From a virus (Duplodnaviria; Caudoviricetes): a DNA stretch of 64,000 bases. This document shows positions 28,001 to 37,552 of the stretch, piece after piece. The DNA lies in the IMG/VR virus record IMGVR_UViG_3300027782_000030, positions 136,571 through 200,570 of that record. One strand, given 5' to 3'. The stretch's first letter is position 1, and each line of letters starts with the position of its first letter. The translations under genes were made by a program, and so were the position numbers. The notes below the pieces were generated by a model. It ran no database searches. It was given only the letters and a program-made list of their open reading frames with translations, and had not been told where the DNA came from.

Positions 28001-30094
28001 ATGCCCATTAAAACAGACTCATTAAACCGCGATTTATACAAATTACTCAAGGTAAGGGGTTACGATCCTATACCAAAAGGCAGCGATGGGGAAACAGTAC
28101 CTGTTCCTGATGAAGCCGAAGTTTTTAAGTTTACTTTCAAAAAAGAAGGTAAACCGATAGACACTGCTTGGGTAACTATTGACAGTAACCAAGACTTAAA
28201 AATATATTATGATGATGATATTACTGACTCTACTAACGAAGATTTAGAATCAGGATCGTTTGATGATAGTTGGACTGGGTTTTTACAACAGTTAAAGATG
28301 TGGAGTCAACGCCGGCAGTTAGGTTTTGATACCGAAAACAAAGACCATTTAGCTAGTGATATGGCACAGAGGGATCATATGAAAAAGAAAGAAAACATAG
28401 CAGAAGGATATTATCCAATGGGTAAACAAGCAAGTTATAGTGACGCTATCCCTAGTGTCAAAATAATATTACAACATAACCGTAAACTTGAAGAAGGTGA
28501 ACAGCGTTATCGTAATATTTCTAGAATTTTCGTTGAAAATGCTAATGGCGAACGCTTTTTACTTAACACTACTAAGCCAGGTCTTGCCCGAGTATATGCT
28601 AGACATATCGCAGAGGGTGGCACACCATATGATGACCGCGCTAGTCATATTCAATCATTGGTTGAAGAATATGAAAAAATGGCAGGATTTGTCCGTGCTA
28701 CACGCAATGGACAGTTTAATGAAAGTACCCAACGCTTAGTACTAGAAGGAGCTAATCATTATCAATCATTAAGAGAAACTCTAAGCCGCATGACAGGTCG
28801 TCGCGGATACAATATGTATTTTGAAAGTTGGACTCCTGCTCTAATGGAAGATGATAGTGAAGTTTCAGGTATTAATGAATTATTCGTTCAGGAAACACTA
28901 GATCCTAGAATTGAAAGTGCTATGCCAATTCTTAAGAAATTGCACAAGAAACTTGGTGAGATGAAAGAAGTTACTCAGTTAGAAGAGTGGGCAGATAGTT
29001 TAGTAAATGAATATAAGCAGGGTGATGACAGTGGTTATATTCAGCTATTACAAAGTAAATTAAAAGCAGGCAAGCCACTAACTCCCCAAGAAAAAGAAAA
29101 ACTTAAAGCATATCTTGCGGCTAAACAGTTAGGTCTAAAAGAAGAAGGTGATAGTGGTCAAACAGCACTTAATCCAGTTGGTATTCCTGAAGATGAACTT
29201 GATGAAGGCAAGGGCGCTATAAGAAAATTCTTAGCAGGTTTAGGAATCATAGGTGCTTTAGGCGCACATATCAGTAGTGAAGACGAAGCCATAATACAAA
29301 GAATGGCTGTAAAGTATGACCAAGCGCAGACTCCACAAGAGAAAGCACAAATCAAGCATGACATTGAAAGAGTTACAAAAGGTAGTTTAGTTAAAGAAGA
29401 AGATATAGAAGAAAGCGGGCTACAGGCATATCTTGGTAATAAGAAATATGGCAAAGAAGGTATGGATGCTTTACGCAAAGCAGGCCGTGATGGTGCTAGT
29501 AAAGAAAAGATGGCATCAATTCGTTCTAAGTATGACAAACTAGATGAAGAACATATGGCGGAAGACTCATTAAATGAATGGGTAGATCCAGGCGCGCCAT
29601 GTGCTCATTGCGGATTGTCACACGGACAACATCGTGTTCAGTTCAATAAAAAAAATCCAAATGTTAGTTTTATGAATCAAGACGATGAATGGAACGATTT
29701 GGAAATGAAAAATGCTGAAGACCACCCCTATACGCCAAGTAAAGGTTATCGCCCACTATCGCAGCGAGAAGCAGAGTTGGTTGGATTTGACAATCTAAAT
29801 GTTGATATACCAAACGATATATATGACCGTATTAATAGTGTAAGACAGCGCCTAGCCCGAGTAGGTAAAGATGCCGGCAAACTTACAAGAGTCAAAGAGC
29901 AAGGTGTGGAAGAAGACCTTGATGCCAACCAAAAGCGTGTAGGACAATTAGGCCCAACCGAAAAGGTAGGTAAAAAAGGTGCGGTTGGTAAACTAGTTGG
30001 CGCTAGTGAAAGTTTTATCAATACAGTTGACCAAGCAGTAACGACTGAAGGTGTAGAAGAATTGGCTGCACTAAAACGATTATTGGGTAAATAA
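28001..30094 (+). CDS. Large late protein, likely prohead core or internal protein
   Basis: ATAAATA at 27990; acidic, with many [LIVM]xE sites; ends EELAALKRLLGK. Confidence 0.55.
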   Translation: MPIKTDSLNRDLYKLLKVRGYDPIPKGSDGETVPVPDEAEVFKFTFKKEGKPIDTAWVTIDSNQDLKIYYDDDITDSTNEDLESGSFDDSWTGFLQQLKMWSQRRQLGFDTENKDHLASDMAQRDHMKKKENIAEGYYPMGKQASYSDAIPSVKIILQHNRKLEEGEQRYRNISRIFVENANGERFLLNTTKPGLARVYARHIAEGGTPYDDRASHIQSLVEEYEKMAGFVRATRNGQFNESTQRLVLEGANHYQSLRETLSRMTGRRGYNMYFESWTPALMEDDSEVSGINELFVQETLDPRIESAMPILKKLHKKLGEMKEVTQLEEWADSLVNEYKQGDDSGYIQLLQSKLKAGKPLTPQEKEKLKAYLAAKQLGLKEEGDSGQTALNPVGIPEDELDEGKGAIRKFLAGLGIIGALGAHISSEDEAIIQRMAVKYDQAQTPQEKAQIKHDIERVTKGSLVKEEDIEESGLQAYLGNKKYGKEGMDALRKAGRDGASKEKMASIRSKYDKLDEEHMAEDSLNEWVDPGAPCAHCGLSHGQHRVQFNKKNPNVSFMNQDDEWNDLEMKNAEDHPYTPSKGYRPLSQREAELVGFDNLNVDIPNDIYDRINSVRQRLARVGKDAGKLTRVKEQGVEEDLDANQKRVGQLGPTEKVGKKGAVGKLVGASESFINTVDQAVTTEGVEELAALKRLLGK

Positions 30095-30103
30095 CTTTCT
30101 AAA

Positions 30104-30127
30104 AAACCTCACTTTTTAGTGAGGTTT
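30104..30127. terminator. Hairpin, likely a terminator
   Basis: AAACCTCACT-TTTT-AGTGAGGTTT. Confidence 0.6.
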
Positions 30128-30139
30128 ACCATATTCGGC

Positions 30140-30178
30140 ATAAATACACTTGACGCAGCATGAAAGTTGTTATATACT
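30140..30178 (+). promoter_or_regulatory. Tandem late (ATAAATA) and sigma70 promoters of the SSB gene
   Basis: ATAAATA 30140-30146; TTGACG-17-TATACT 30150-30178. Confidence 0.75.
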
Positions 30179-30261
30179 TAGTACTGTGTTAGTTGTCTCC
30201 TGACAACGACATTTAAATCATATTTAGGCTCAAATTAGGCACATTTTTAAGGAGAAAACAA

Positions 30262-31242
30262 ATGGCAAGTCTAGCAGAAATCCGCGCTCGCATTTCAGCG
30301 CAAGAAAACAAGTCAACCAAGGGCTCTAACGCCCAATCAGATAACGCAATCTACCCCCACTGGAACATGGATGAAGGTACTTCAGCTACCCTTCGTTTTC
30401 TTCCAGATGCGGAATCAAAGAATGAATTCTTTTGGGTAGAGCGAGCAATGATTAAACTCCCATTCAACGGAGTTAAAGGCGATTCTAATACTAAACAAAT
30501 TCAGGTACAAGTCCCATGCGTAGAAATGTATGGCGATAACTGTCCTATTTTGGCAGAAGTTCGTCCATGGTACAAGGACGAAAGTCTCAAGGAAATGGCT
30601 AATAAGTATTGGAAGAAACGCAGTTATATTTTTCAAGGGTTCGTTCGCCAAAACCCTATTCAGGATGACAAGACTCCTACGAATCCTATTCGTCGGTTTA
30701 TTATCAGCCCACAAATTATTCCTATTATCCGTACTGGTTTGATGGATCCCGAGATCCTAGAACTTCCTACTGATTATGTTCGTGGATTGGATTTTAAAAT
30801 TATTAAAACCAGCAAAGGTGGTTATGCTGACTACAGTACCAGCAATTGGTCTCGTAGGGAAAGCGCACTGACCGAAGCCGAGCAACAAGCAATTGAAGAA
30901 CATGGTCTTTTCAACTTGGTAGACTTCTTGCCCAAGAAGCCTAGTGAGGCTGAATTGCGTGTTATCAAAGAAATGTTTGAAGCAAGCGTTGAAGGTCGTC
31001 CATACGATAATGATCGTTGGGGAGCATACTATCGTCCATATGGTCTAGAAGCACCTGCAGGAGCAACAGCGGCTCAAACACAAGCGACTACTAGTAGCGC
31101 ACCCGCAACAGCACCCGTAGCAGATTCGCATGATGACCATGATGATGAAGCATCAAGTCCAGTTGTAGTTCCCAAAAATGCTCAAAGCGATAAAGCGCAA
31201 GACATTTTGGCAATGATCCGAGCCAGACAAAAATCTGCTTAA
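30262..31242 (+). CDS. Single-stranded DNA-binding protein (T4 gp32-like)
   Basis: LRFLPD, VPCVEMYGDNCP, GLDFKIIK..GGYADYSTS, acidic C-terminal tail; lies upstream of uvsX/uvsY. Confidence 0.85.
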   Translation: MASLAEIRARISAQENKSTKGSNAQSDNAIYPHWNMDEGTSATLRFLPDAESKNEFFWVERAMIKLPFNGVKGDSNTKQIQVQVPCVEMYGDNCPILAEVRPWYKDESLKEMANKYWKKRSYIFQGFVRQNPIQDDKTPTNPIRRFIISPQIIPIIRTGLMDPEILELPTDYVRGLDFKIIKTSKGGYADYSTSNWSRRESALTEAEQQAIEEHGLFNLVDFLPKKPSEAELRVIKEMFEASVEGRPYDNDRWGAYYRPYGLEAPAGATAAQTQATTSSAPATAPVADSHDDHDDEASSPVVVPKNAQSDKAQDILAMIRARQKSA

Positions 31243-31285
31243 TAGGAGTTAGGGAGCAAATGCTCCCTTACTTAGGAGAATTCCC

Positions 31286-31522
31286 ATGACATTACCAGAC
31301 GAAAGGTTTCGTGCCCTTAAGCAAGGCAAAAAATTACTTGAGGAGTTATGTGATCCCGGTCGTACTCCTCGTGTTCCTAGCTTGGTCAGAGATAAAGCAA
31401 GGGCTGCTCTAAGACATTATCCTAGCGATTACGAATTGGATCGCATTGCGGATCAATGTCCAGATATCCTTGACAAATTATCATTTGCTGATAAACTATA
31501 TGCTAGTGGAATACACAAATAA
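31286..31522 (+). CDS. Hypothetical protein
   Basis: AGGAG RBS; MTLPDERFRAL N-terminus. Confidence 0.75.
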   Translation: MTLPDERFRALKQGKKLLEELCDPGRTPRVPSLVRDKARAALRHYPSDYELDRIADQCPDILDKLSFADKLYASGIHK

Positions 31523-31534
31523 TAAGGAAATGAA

Positions 31535-31726
31535 ATGAAATATTTAAACAAATTAGAAAAAGTAAACGAATCAATCACTATTAACCGTTACGACAATGGC
31601 TACATGGTTGAAGTAACTGGTCGTGATGATGACAATGATTGGAAAACCTCAAAGGTTATCTGTAATACCGAAGAAGAAATGCTTACTGTAGTTAAAGAAT
31701 GGAACTCAATGGATTTGGATAACTAA
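31535..31726 (+). CDS. Hypothetical protein
   Basis: AAGGA RBS; compact ORF. Confidence 0.7.
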   Translation: MKYLNKLEKVNESITINRYDNGYMVEVTGRDDDNDWKTSKVICNTEEEMLTVVKEWNSMDLDN

Positions 31727-31727
31727 G

Positions 31728-32795
31728 ATGGCAAAACCATTTGATGTGAGTAAATTTCGCCGTGACATTACTAAATCTATTGAGGGACTTAGTATTGGTT
31801 TTAACGACCCCACTGACTGGATATCTACAGGTAATTTCGCCCTCAATTATCTTATATCCGGTGATTTTAATAAAGGCGTACCTCTTGGTAAAGTTACTGT
31901 CTTTGCCGGAGAATCAGGCGCAGGTAAATCATTCATCTGCTCAGGTAACTTAGTACGCCATGCTCAACAACAAGGTATTTTCGTTGTATTGATTGATACA
32001 GAAAACGCCCTTGATGAAAAATGGCTACATGCCCTAGGTGTATCTACCGATGAAGATAAACTTCTGAAATTGAATATGGCTATGATTGATGATGTGGGTA
32101 AAACTATATCAGAATTTATGAAGTCATATAAAATTCTACCTGAAACTGATAAACCAAAAGTATTGTTTGTACTTGATTCATTGGGTATGCTTCTTACCCC
32201 CACTGATGTTAATCAATTTGAAGCAGGTGATATGAAAGGTGATATGGGTCGTAAACCCAAAGCACTTACCGCACTTGTTCGTAATTGTGTTAATATGTTT
32301 GGTAATCATAATGTTGGTCTAGTTGCTACTAATCATACATACGCTAGCCAAGATATGTTTGATCCTGATGATAAAATCAGTGGTGGTCAAGGTTTCGTTT
32401 ACGCATCTTCAATTGTAGTTGCTATGAAGAAACTCAAACTCAAAGAAGACGAGGATGGTAATAAGATTAGTGAAGTACGAGGTATTCGTGCCGCATGTAA
32501 GATTATGAAAACTCGCTATGCCAAACCCTTTGAAAGTGTTCAAGTTAAGATTCCCTATGAAACTGGGATGAGCCCCTATTCAGGAATGCTTGATATGATT
32601 GAAAAGGCTGAACTTGTTAAGAAAGAAGGTAATTCACTTGTATATACTACCCTTGATGGTGAAATTATTAAAAAGTTTCGCAAAGCATGGGAAGCAAATA
32701 CAGATGGATGCTTGGACAAAGTAATGAATGAGTATAGTCAAAAAACAAATCGTAAGATAAGTAATGTATTACCTGAGGAGGAAAATACAGAATGA
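31728..32795 (+). CDS. uvsX: RecA-like recombinase
   Basis: WISTGNFALNYLISG, Walker A AGESGAGKS, IDTENA, VLDSLG, ISGGQG..YASS. Confidence 0.95.
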   Translation: MAKPFDVSKFRRDITKSIEGLSIGFNDPTDWISTGNFALNYLISGDFNKGVPLGKVTVFAGESGAGKSFICSGNLVRHAQQQGIFVVLIDTENALDEKWLHALGVSTDEDKLLKLNMAMIDDVGKTISEFMKSYKILPETDKPKVLFVLDSLGMLLTPTDVNQFEAGDMKGDMGRKPKALTALVRNCVNMFGNHNVGLVATNHTYASQDMFDPDDKISGGQGFVYASSIVVAMKKLKLKEDEDGNKISEVRGIRAACKIMKTRYAKPFESVQVKIPYETGMSPYSGMLDMIEKAELVKKEGNSLVYTTLDGEIIKKFRKAWEANTDGCLDKVMNEYSQKTNRKISNVLPEEENTE

Positions 32796-33049
32796 GTCTA
32801 GATATTATTTCATCTGTTTGGGACGCATTAGTTACGCACATTGACTTAAATGAGCGTAAATATGCAGCAGAAACCCTTGTTGATTTTTTAATTGATAATG
32901 ATTTTCAACCAAATGAGATTTTAGAACATTTTCAAGGTGATTCCGAAATGACTCATGCAATTAAAGGTTGGGTTGATCAATATGGTGATAATGATGATGG
33001 TAACTACGATTATCCATACGATAATGACGATGACGATGATTGGCGATAA
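32792..33049 (+). CDS. Hypothetical acidic protein
   Basis: ATGA-coupled; poly-Asp tail. Confidence 0.7.
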   Translation: MSLDIISSVWDALVTHIDLNERKYAAETLVDFLIDNDFQPNEILEHFQGDSEMTHAIKGWVDQYGDNDDGNYDYPYDNDDDDDWR

Positions 33050-33508
33050 ATGAATTGGTATACGAAAATCTCACAAGACCTTTCTGCTATACCTGATTTC
33101 ATAACATACTACGAATTAGAACTAGTTTCATCTAAAAAAGAGGTAACAATATACGGCAATGTTGAAAAAAACATTGCTGGGTTACCTGGTATTACTGAGC
33201 ATAGATTTAACCAGCTTCAAGAAATTGAGGCTGTGTTAAATTTCCTCAACATTAAACTTAGGCAAATTCGCCGAAAACATTTTCAAAAATATTTAGAAGC
33301 GTATAATAGAGCATTAACTAGCCGTGATGCCGAGAAGTATGTTGATGGCGAAGATGAAGTTATTGATTTTGAAACTCTTATCAATGAAGTGGCACTACTA
33401 CGCAATAAATGGTTAGGTGTTATGAAAGGATTAGAATCTAAAAACTTTATGCTAGGTCATGTAGTTCGTTTAAGAGCAGCCGGCATGGAAGATATTCAAA
33501 TAGGATAA
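33050..33508 (+). CDS. uvsY: Recombination mediator
   Basis: Helical; FQKYLEAYNRALTSRDAEKYVDGEDE, KGLESKNFML; lies near uvsX. Confidence 0.85.
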   Translation: MNWYTKISQDLSAIPDFITYYELELVSSKKEVTIYGNVEKNIAGLPGITEHRFNQLQEIEAVLNFLNIKLRQIRRKHFQKYLEAYNRALTSRDAEKYVDGEDEVIDFETLINEVALLRNKWLGVMKGLESKNFMLGHVVRLRAAGMEDIQIG

Positions 33509-33512
33509 AAAT

Positions 33513-34307
33513 ATGTCAAGTAGTATTAGGGGACTCACATCCCAGCAAGTGATGGCTTGGAATACAAATTCTAATAATGGATTGAATTTGGCAGGAATTG
33601 GAAATATTCCAGCTATTAGTTTAAATGATTTATTAAAGGTTTATAACACCGACCATGTGAAAAAATACGAAATTATAGAAACTCAGGAAGATGCCCTAGC
33701 AGTTAGTGTAGCACATAAGCGGTTAGTTTCTTCTAAAAATTACAAGAGTTCAACAATTCCACTTAGGAATATGTTAGATTCACAGGTATTTGAAAAAGTA
33801 ACAGACGAGGATAGGGAAGTTGCTAATAATATACGCACCTACTATGCTCATCAACTTGTAATGTGGACTCTAAAAGATATTAAACTTACTAAATTTAGAG
33901 AATGCCTAAATAGTTATATCAACGGTGATAGTAAACGATTCAAGGAAGAATTTGTTCCGATCATAGCCAAACTACCTTATTTTTATGAATATGATATCCA
34001 ATTGGATGAAATTAAAAGATTCGTCAATAGTGATATTGATATTGATAAAGGTGTAAAAATGACAGCACATAATATGATTCCAATTAAATCATTGACTCGT
34101 AAAAATAAACGAATTAAATGTGTTGAATATTGGTTAAAAGATACAAACGATATTGCTTATAATATACAAATAGAAATTAATAATCCATTGCAACATTTGT
34201 GGGATAATATCTTTAGTAAAGAAGAACTGGTAATTAACGGTTTGGGTGCGCCCAAACGCAGGGATGATTTTAAATATTACCAACTGTTACAATGGACCAT
34301 GGCTTGA
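33513..34307 (+). CDS. Hypothetical protein
   Basis: 264-aa ORF whose stop overlaps a -35 box. Confidence 0.7.
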   Translation: MSSSIRGLTSQQVMAWNTNSNNGLNLAGIGNIPAISLNDLLKVYNTDHVKKYEIIETQEDALAVSVAHKRLVSSKNYKSSTIPLRNMLDSQVFEKVTDEDREVANNIRTYYAHQLVMWTLKDIKLTKFRECLNSYINGDSKRFKEEFVPIIAKLPYFYEYDIQLDEIKRFVNSDIDIDKGVKMTAHNMIPIKSLTRKNKRIKCVEYWLKDTNDIAYNIQIEINNPLQHLWDNIFSKEELVINGLGAPKRRDDFKYYQLLQWTMA

Positions 34308-34332
34308 CAGTAAATCAAGGTTGATCTATACT
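34304..34332 (+). promoter_or_regulatory. Early sigma70 promoter (cassette family)
   Basis: TTGACAGTAAAT-17-TATACT. Confidence 0.8.
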
Positions 34333-34352
34333 ACTATTTTGATGGAGAACTT

Positions 34353-34571
34353 ATGAGTAGACTAGCATTTATTGGCCGCCCGTGGGTGGCATTTGAAGCA
34401 ACCGATCCTCAACACAGAGAATGGTTCGCAGAGTTTCGCAAGTTAGGCACCTGGGGAAAATGCCCTGTGCGGTTTATCATCCCAGATGACCACGGCGATC
34501 TTATCACTATGATTCAACGACGGTTAATTGATTTTTATGTTAGCAAAGAATTCGGATCAACACATGGCTAG
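34353..34571 (+). CDS. Hypothetical protein
   Basis: GGAG RBS behind the promoter. Confidence 0.7.
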   Translation: MSRLAFIGRPWVAFEATDPQHREWFAEFRKLGTWGKCPVRFIIPDDHGDLITMIQRRLIDFYVSKEFGSTHG

Positions 34572-34785
34572 GATTATCCTAACTTGCGGACATGAAGTAC
34601 ATGATTTCCCCCGCGCCTATCATATCATGACCAAAGGTACAGATCGGTACGGTGAGCGGGCTATCTTATATCAAACTGTTTGCGGGTGTTGTGAGGATAT
34701 GTACCGTAGAGCCGGGGATATTTTTGATTTTGAAGAAGTAGCGTATTTTTGGGTTAGTAAAGGTAAAAAAACGGTTATAGACTAA
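34528..34785 (+). CDS. Hypothetical Cys-containing protein
   Basis: TCGH..CGCC; the real start is probably at MARIIL. Confidence 0.55.
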   Translation: MIFMLAKNSDQHMARIILTCGHEVHDFPRAYHIMTKGTDRYGERAILYQTVCGCCEDMYRRAGDIFDFEEVAYFWVSKGKKTVID

Positions 34786-34796
34786 GGATTATATAA

Positions 34797-35105
34797 ATGG
34801 AAAAAGTTATCCGCGATGGTAAAGTTGCTATACTCACTAGCCCTGGTTACGGAGCTGGTTGGTATTCGTGGCATATGATTCCTGAATTAATGTATGACCC
34901 TACCGTAGTCTCTATGGTGGAGGATCGTGTTAATTATGAGGCAATTGAGGCTTATTGCGAAGAACGGTGGCCTGACAACTATTTTGGTGGAGCCGAAGAT
35001 TTGGTAATTACTTGGGTCCCTGAGGGTAGGGTTTTCATTATTAATGAATATGACGGGGCTGAATACATCCAATTCAGGGATGACATTGAATGGATGGTAG
35101 CCTAG
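34797..35105 (+). CDS. Hypothetical phage protein
   Basis: AAGGA RBS; SPGYGAGWYSW...EYDGAE. Confidence 0.75.
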   Translation: MEKVIRDGKVAILTSPGYGAGWYSWHMIPELMYDPTVVSMVEDRVNYEAIEAYCEERWPDNYFGGAEDLVITWVPEGRVFIINEYDGAEYIQFRDDIEWMVA

Positions 35106-35106
35106 G

Positions 35107-35135
35107 TTGACATTAAATTGCTGGTAGCGTATACT
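35107..35135 (+). promoter_or_regulatory. Early sigma70 promoter (cassette family)
   Basis: TTGACATTAAAT-17-TATACT. Confidence 0.85.
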
Positions 35136-35164
35136 AAGGTATACACTGAAAAACGAGGTGAGCA

Positions 35165-35359
35165 ATGAGTGCAATGGGCAGGCTTTATACAGAAATCCAA
35201 GAACTCTTAGAAGACGGAGTATTCCCGACGGTGATTGCAAGTCGGCTTGAGGTTCCCCTAAGTTGGGTAGATCAGATCCGCATGGATTTGGATGAGCCTG
35301 ATTTGCCCTATGATAGTGAGGAGCAGTTCCAAGATTACGATTCAGCCCTAGAAATTTGA
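35165..35359 (+). CDS. Small HTH-like protein
   Basis: IASRLEVPLSWV pattern; GAGG RBS. Confidence 0.6.
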   Translation: MSAMGRLYTEIQELLEDGVFPTVIASRLEVPLSWVDQIRMDLDEPDLPYDSEEQFQDYDSALEI

Positions 35360-35384
35360 CAATAATTCGGTTTGGGCGTATAAT
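35356..35384 (+). promoter_or_regulatory. Early sigma70 promoter (cassette family)
   Basis: TTGACAATAATTCGGTTTGGGCGTATAAT, identical to 35689. Confidence 0.9.
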
Positions 35385-35417
35385 CTATACATAGACAGTT
35401 AACTAACGGAGCAGAAA

Positions 35418-35684
35418 ATGTTCGTTGTTTTTCACACTGAATTTCCCCATCAAGACAAGCGTTATTTCACGACCAAGGCAGGTGCCAAGCGTAGTGCTAC
35501 CTGTTCTAATCGGAACGCAGGTAAGTTTGTCTACAACTTTGTGGAAGAATCTTGGTTCGAACTCAAGTATGGCCCGGTTGGTACTAAGGTCGTCAAGAAC
35601 CTGATGACTGGTAAGGATATTGAAATTGCCGAGGATACTCCTTGGTGTTGTAACCCCGCTAGCGAAGCGTATTGGAGTAACTAA
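35418..35684 (+). CDS. Hypothetical early protein
   Basis: ACGGAG RBS; C-terminal IEIAEDTPWCCNPASEAYWS. Confidence 0.75.
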   Translation: MFVVFHTEFPHQDKRYFTTKAGAKRSATCSNRNAGKFVYNFVEESWFELKYGPVGTKVVKNLMTGKDIEIAEDTPWCCNPASEAYWSN

Positions 35685-35688
35685 TTAT

Positions 35689-35742
35689 TTGACAATAATT
35701 CGGTTTGGGCGTATAATAGATTCATACACTGAGAAAACGGAG
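35689..35742 (+). promoter_or_regulatory. Early sigma70 promoter with a repeated leader/RBS cassette
   Basis: Promoter identical to 35356; TATAATAGATTCATACACTGAGAAAACGGAG is also at 36481 and 38461. Confidence 0.9.
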
Positions 35743-35747
35743 TTGTC

Positions 35748-36077
35748 ATGAATATGCTAGAAAAAGAAACCCAGTTCAAAAGCGCGGGTTACTATGCATG
35801 GTGTGCTTCTAGGGACGCAAGTATGCGTAGCGCGGTCAACGCTAGCCGGTTCAGTAGTGCCCAAAAACTCAGGGCCGACCGAGTAAAATTGGCCCTAGAG
35901 TTGGTCTATACGGCTAAGGAAGTGTCAATCACTAACTGTAAAAAATGGATCCGCGTTAAGGTACACGGTGGGACGGTTCGTGACAAAAAAACCCTTCAAC
36001 AGTTGGAAAGTGGCTGGGCCATGCAAGGAATTCAAAAAAACATCACCCCTCAGGGCGTGATTTATCGTGTTGCGTAA
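35748..36077 (+). CDS. Hypothetical early protein
   Basis: ORF directly behind a cassette. Confidence 0.7.
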   Translation: MNMLEKETQFKSAGYYAWCASRDASMRSAVNASRFSSAQKLRADRVKLALELVYTAKEVSITNCKKWIRVKVHGGTVRDKKTLQQLESGWAMQGIQKNITPQGVIYRVA

Positions 36078-36095
36078 AAGCAACAAGATCAAAAT

Positions 36096-36124
36096 TTGAC
36101 AATAATTGATTTTGGATATACAAT
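36096..36124 (+). promoter_or_regulatory. Early sigma70 promoter (cassette family)
   Basis: TTGACAATAATT-17-TACAAT; leader TAGACAGTTAA..AACGGAG resembles the one after 35356. Confidence 0.85.
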
Positions 36125-36156
36125 CTAATCTTAGACAGTTAAACAACGGAGAGAAA

Positions 36157-36441
36157 ATGGTAACGATTCAGGACATCAATTCTACTATTATCGCAGGTTT
36201 GTTCACAAACGAACAACTGGATTCCATTGCAATGGCAATCAAGTTTGCCCGCAATCAACTAGCCGCAAAGGCAAAGTTTACCTTGGTTAAGGGTACTAAT
36301 GTCAAGTTTACATCTAGCCGTACCGGTCAAACTGTGCTTGGTACAGTTGAAAAGGTAAATCGAAAGTTCATAATTGTGCGTGAGAATGGCAAGGCATTCG
36401 GTACTTGGCGTGTCCCTGCTAATATGCTTGAAGCCGCTTAA
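36157..36441 (+). CDS. Hypothetical early protein (SH3-like C-terminus)
   Basis: ACGGAG RBS before ATG 36157; GTVEKVNRKFIIV..WRVPANML. Confidence 0.7.
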   Translation: MVTIQDINSTIIAGLFTNEQLDSIAMAIKFARNQLAAKAKFTLVKGTNVKFTSSRTGQTVLGTVEKVNRKFIIVRENGKAFGTWRVPANMLEAA

Positions 36442-36457
36442 TTGTTCAACCCAAAAT

Positions 36458-36511
36458 TTGACAATAATTGGGCTTGTCTGTATAATAGATTCATACACTG
36501 AGAAAACGGAG
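36458..36511 (+). promoter_or_regulatory. Early sigma70 promoter with a repeated leader/RBS cassette
   Basis: TTGACAATAATT-17-TATAAT plus the 31-nt leader. Confidence 0.9.
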
Positions 36512-36517
36512 AAACAA

Positions 36518-36931
36518 ATGGCTTATATCAATCAGGAACGTAAAGCGAAATTGGCCCCCACAATCAAGGCAATCTTGACCAAGTATGGTGTCAAGGGTTC
36601 GCTAAGTGTTCGTAATCACAGCACACTGGTTCTGACCCTGAAGTCGGGAAAAATTGATTTCATCGGCAGCAGTAACCGAGTTTGCGGTAATGATTTTTAC
36701 CAAGTTTCTCGTGGTTTCAAGCCGAACACCTCGGGCTACTGTGATGTTAACCCGTACTGGTACAAGGATCACTATGACGGCGTTGCACTGTCTTTCCTCA
36801 AGGAAGTGATTGTAGCCATGAACGATGGTAACCACGACAATTCGGATATTCAATCCGACTATTTTGATGTGGGCTGGTATATTGATGTTAACGTTGGTAA
36901 GTGGGATAAGCCTTACACTGTTGAAGCCTAA
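36518..36931 (+). CDS. Hypothetical early phage protein
   Basis: ATG 36518 after the cassette RBS; MAYINQERKAK..KYGVKGSLSVRNHSTL..DYFDVGWY. Confidence 0.8.
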   Translation: MAYINQERKAKLAPTIKAILTKYGVKGSLSVRNHSTLVLTLKSGKIDFIGSSNRVCGNDFYQVSRGFKPNTSGYCDVNPYWYKDHYDGVALSFLKEVIVAMNDGNHDNSDIQSDYFDVGWYIDVNVGKWDKPYTVEA

Positions 36932-36953
36932 TCAGGCATACAAGGAGAACACC

Positions 36954-37172
36954 GTGGGTTACAAAGTTTTGGCAGACAAATTTCAGATGGACGAGATGCG
37001 TACCAAATATGGTCCTCGCAAGGGACTTGAGGGACCATTCAACTTCTCGGGTCGGGTGTTGTACTATGACACCAAAGAGGGTCAGTATTACGACCCCAAG
37101 ACCGACTTCTACGTGGAACAGGCCGAAATGGATCTGATTCACGCCCGTATCACTGATATCCTGAAAGCCTAA
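36954..37172 (+). CDS. Small Tyr-rich hypothetical protein
   Basis: AAGGAG RBS and GTG start; LYYDTKEGQYYDPKTDFY. Confidence 0.7.
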   Translation: MGYKVLADKFQMDEMRTKYGPRKGLEGPFNFSGRVLYYDTKEGQYYDPKTDFYVEQAEMDLIHARITDILKA

Positions 37173-37173
37173 T

Positions 37174-37374
37174 ATGTATAATTTATTGTACATTGTAAAT
37201 TTTGTGTTTATGGGCACTTACGCCGATTTGCCCTCATGCCAAAACGCACTATATGAAATTTACGCTACTAAGATGAATATCCCTGGACAGCGGAATCCTG
37301 AATTGGATAAGGTTATCCAAAGCCAGTTGAAATTGGATAGAAGTTTCGTGTGCGTTCCAGTGAAGAAAGGTTAA
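37174..37374 (+). CDS. Small hypothetical protein
   Basis: Tightly packed ORF with two Cys. Confidence 0.6.
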   Translation: MYNLLYIVNFVFMGTYADLPSCQNALYEIYATKMNIPGQRNPELDKVIQSQLKLDRSFVCVPVKKG

Positions 37375-37375
37375 T

Positions 37376-37552
37376 ATGGAGTTATATATGAAAGCCGCTT
37401 TTTATGTACGATGTGCCGAGTGTCAGGATCGTCATTATGTAGATGAGGTTGAATTCCTCAATGTTGAAGAAGATTACATGGGCCGAGACATTATGCATTT
37501 TGTCTGCCCTAAAACATTGAATGAATCTAAATCTTTAGTGTATAAAGAATGA
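37376..37552 (+). CDS. 58-aa CxxC-containing protein (MELYMKAAFYVRCAECQDRH...)
   Basis: Read by hand; absent from the ORF track. Confidence 0.55.
   Translation: MELYMKAAFYVRCAECQDRHYVDEVEFLNVEEDYMGRDIMHFVCPKTLNESKSLVYKE

Noticed and set aside
31251-31268. Hairpin AGGGAGC-AAAT-GCTCCCT after the SSB gene as a terminator
   Set aside because: It has no U-tract. It may be a stabilising or processing stem, but this cannot be supported from sequence alone.
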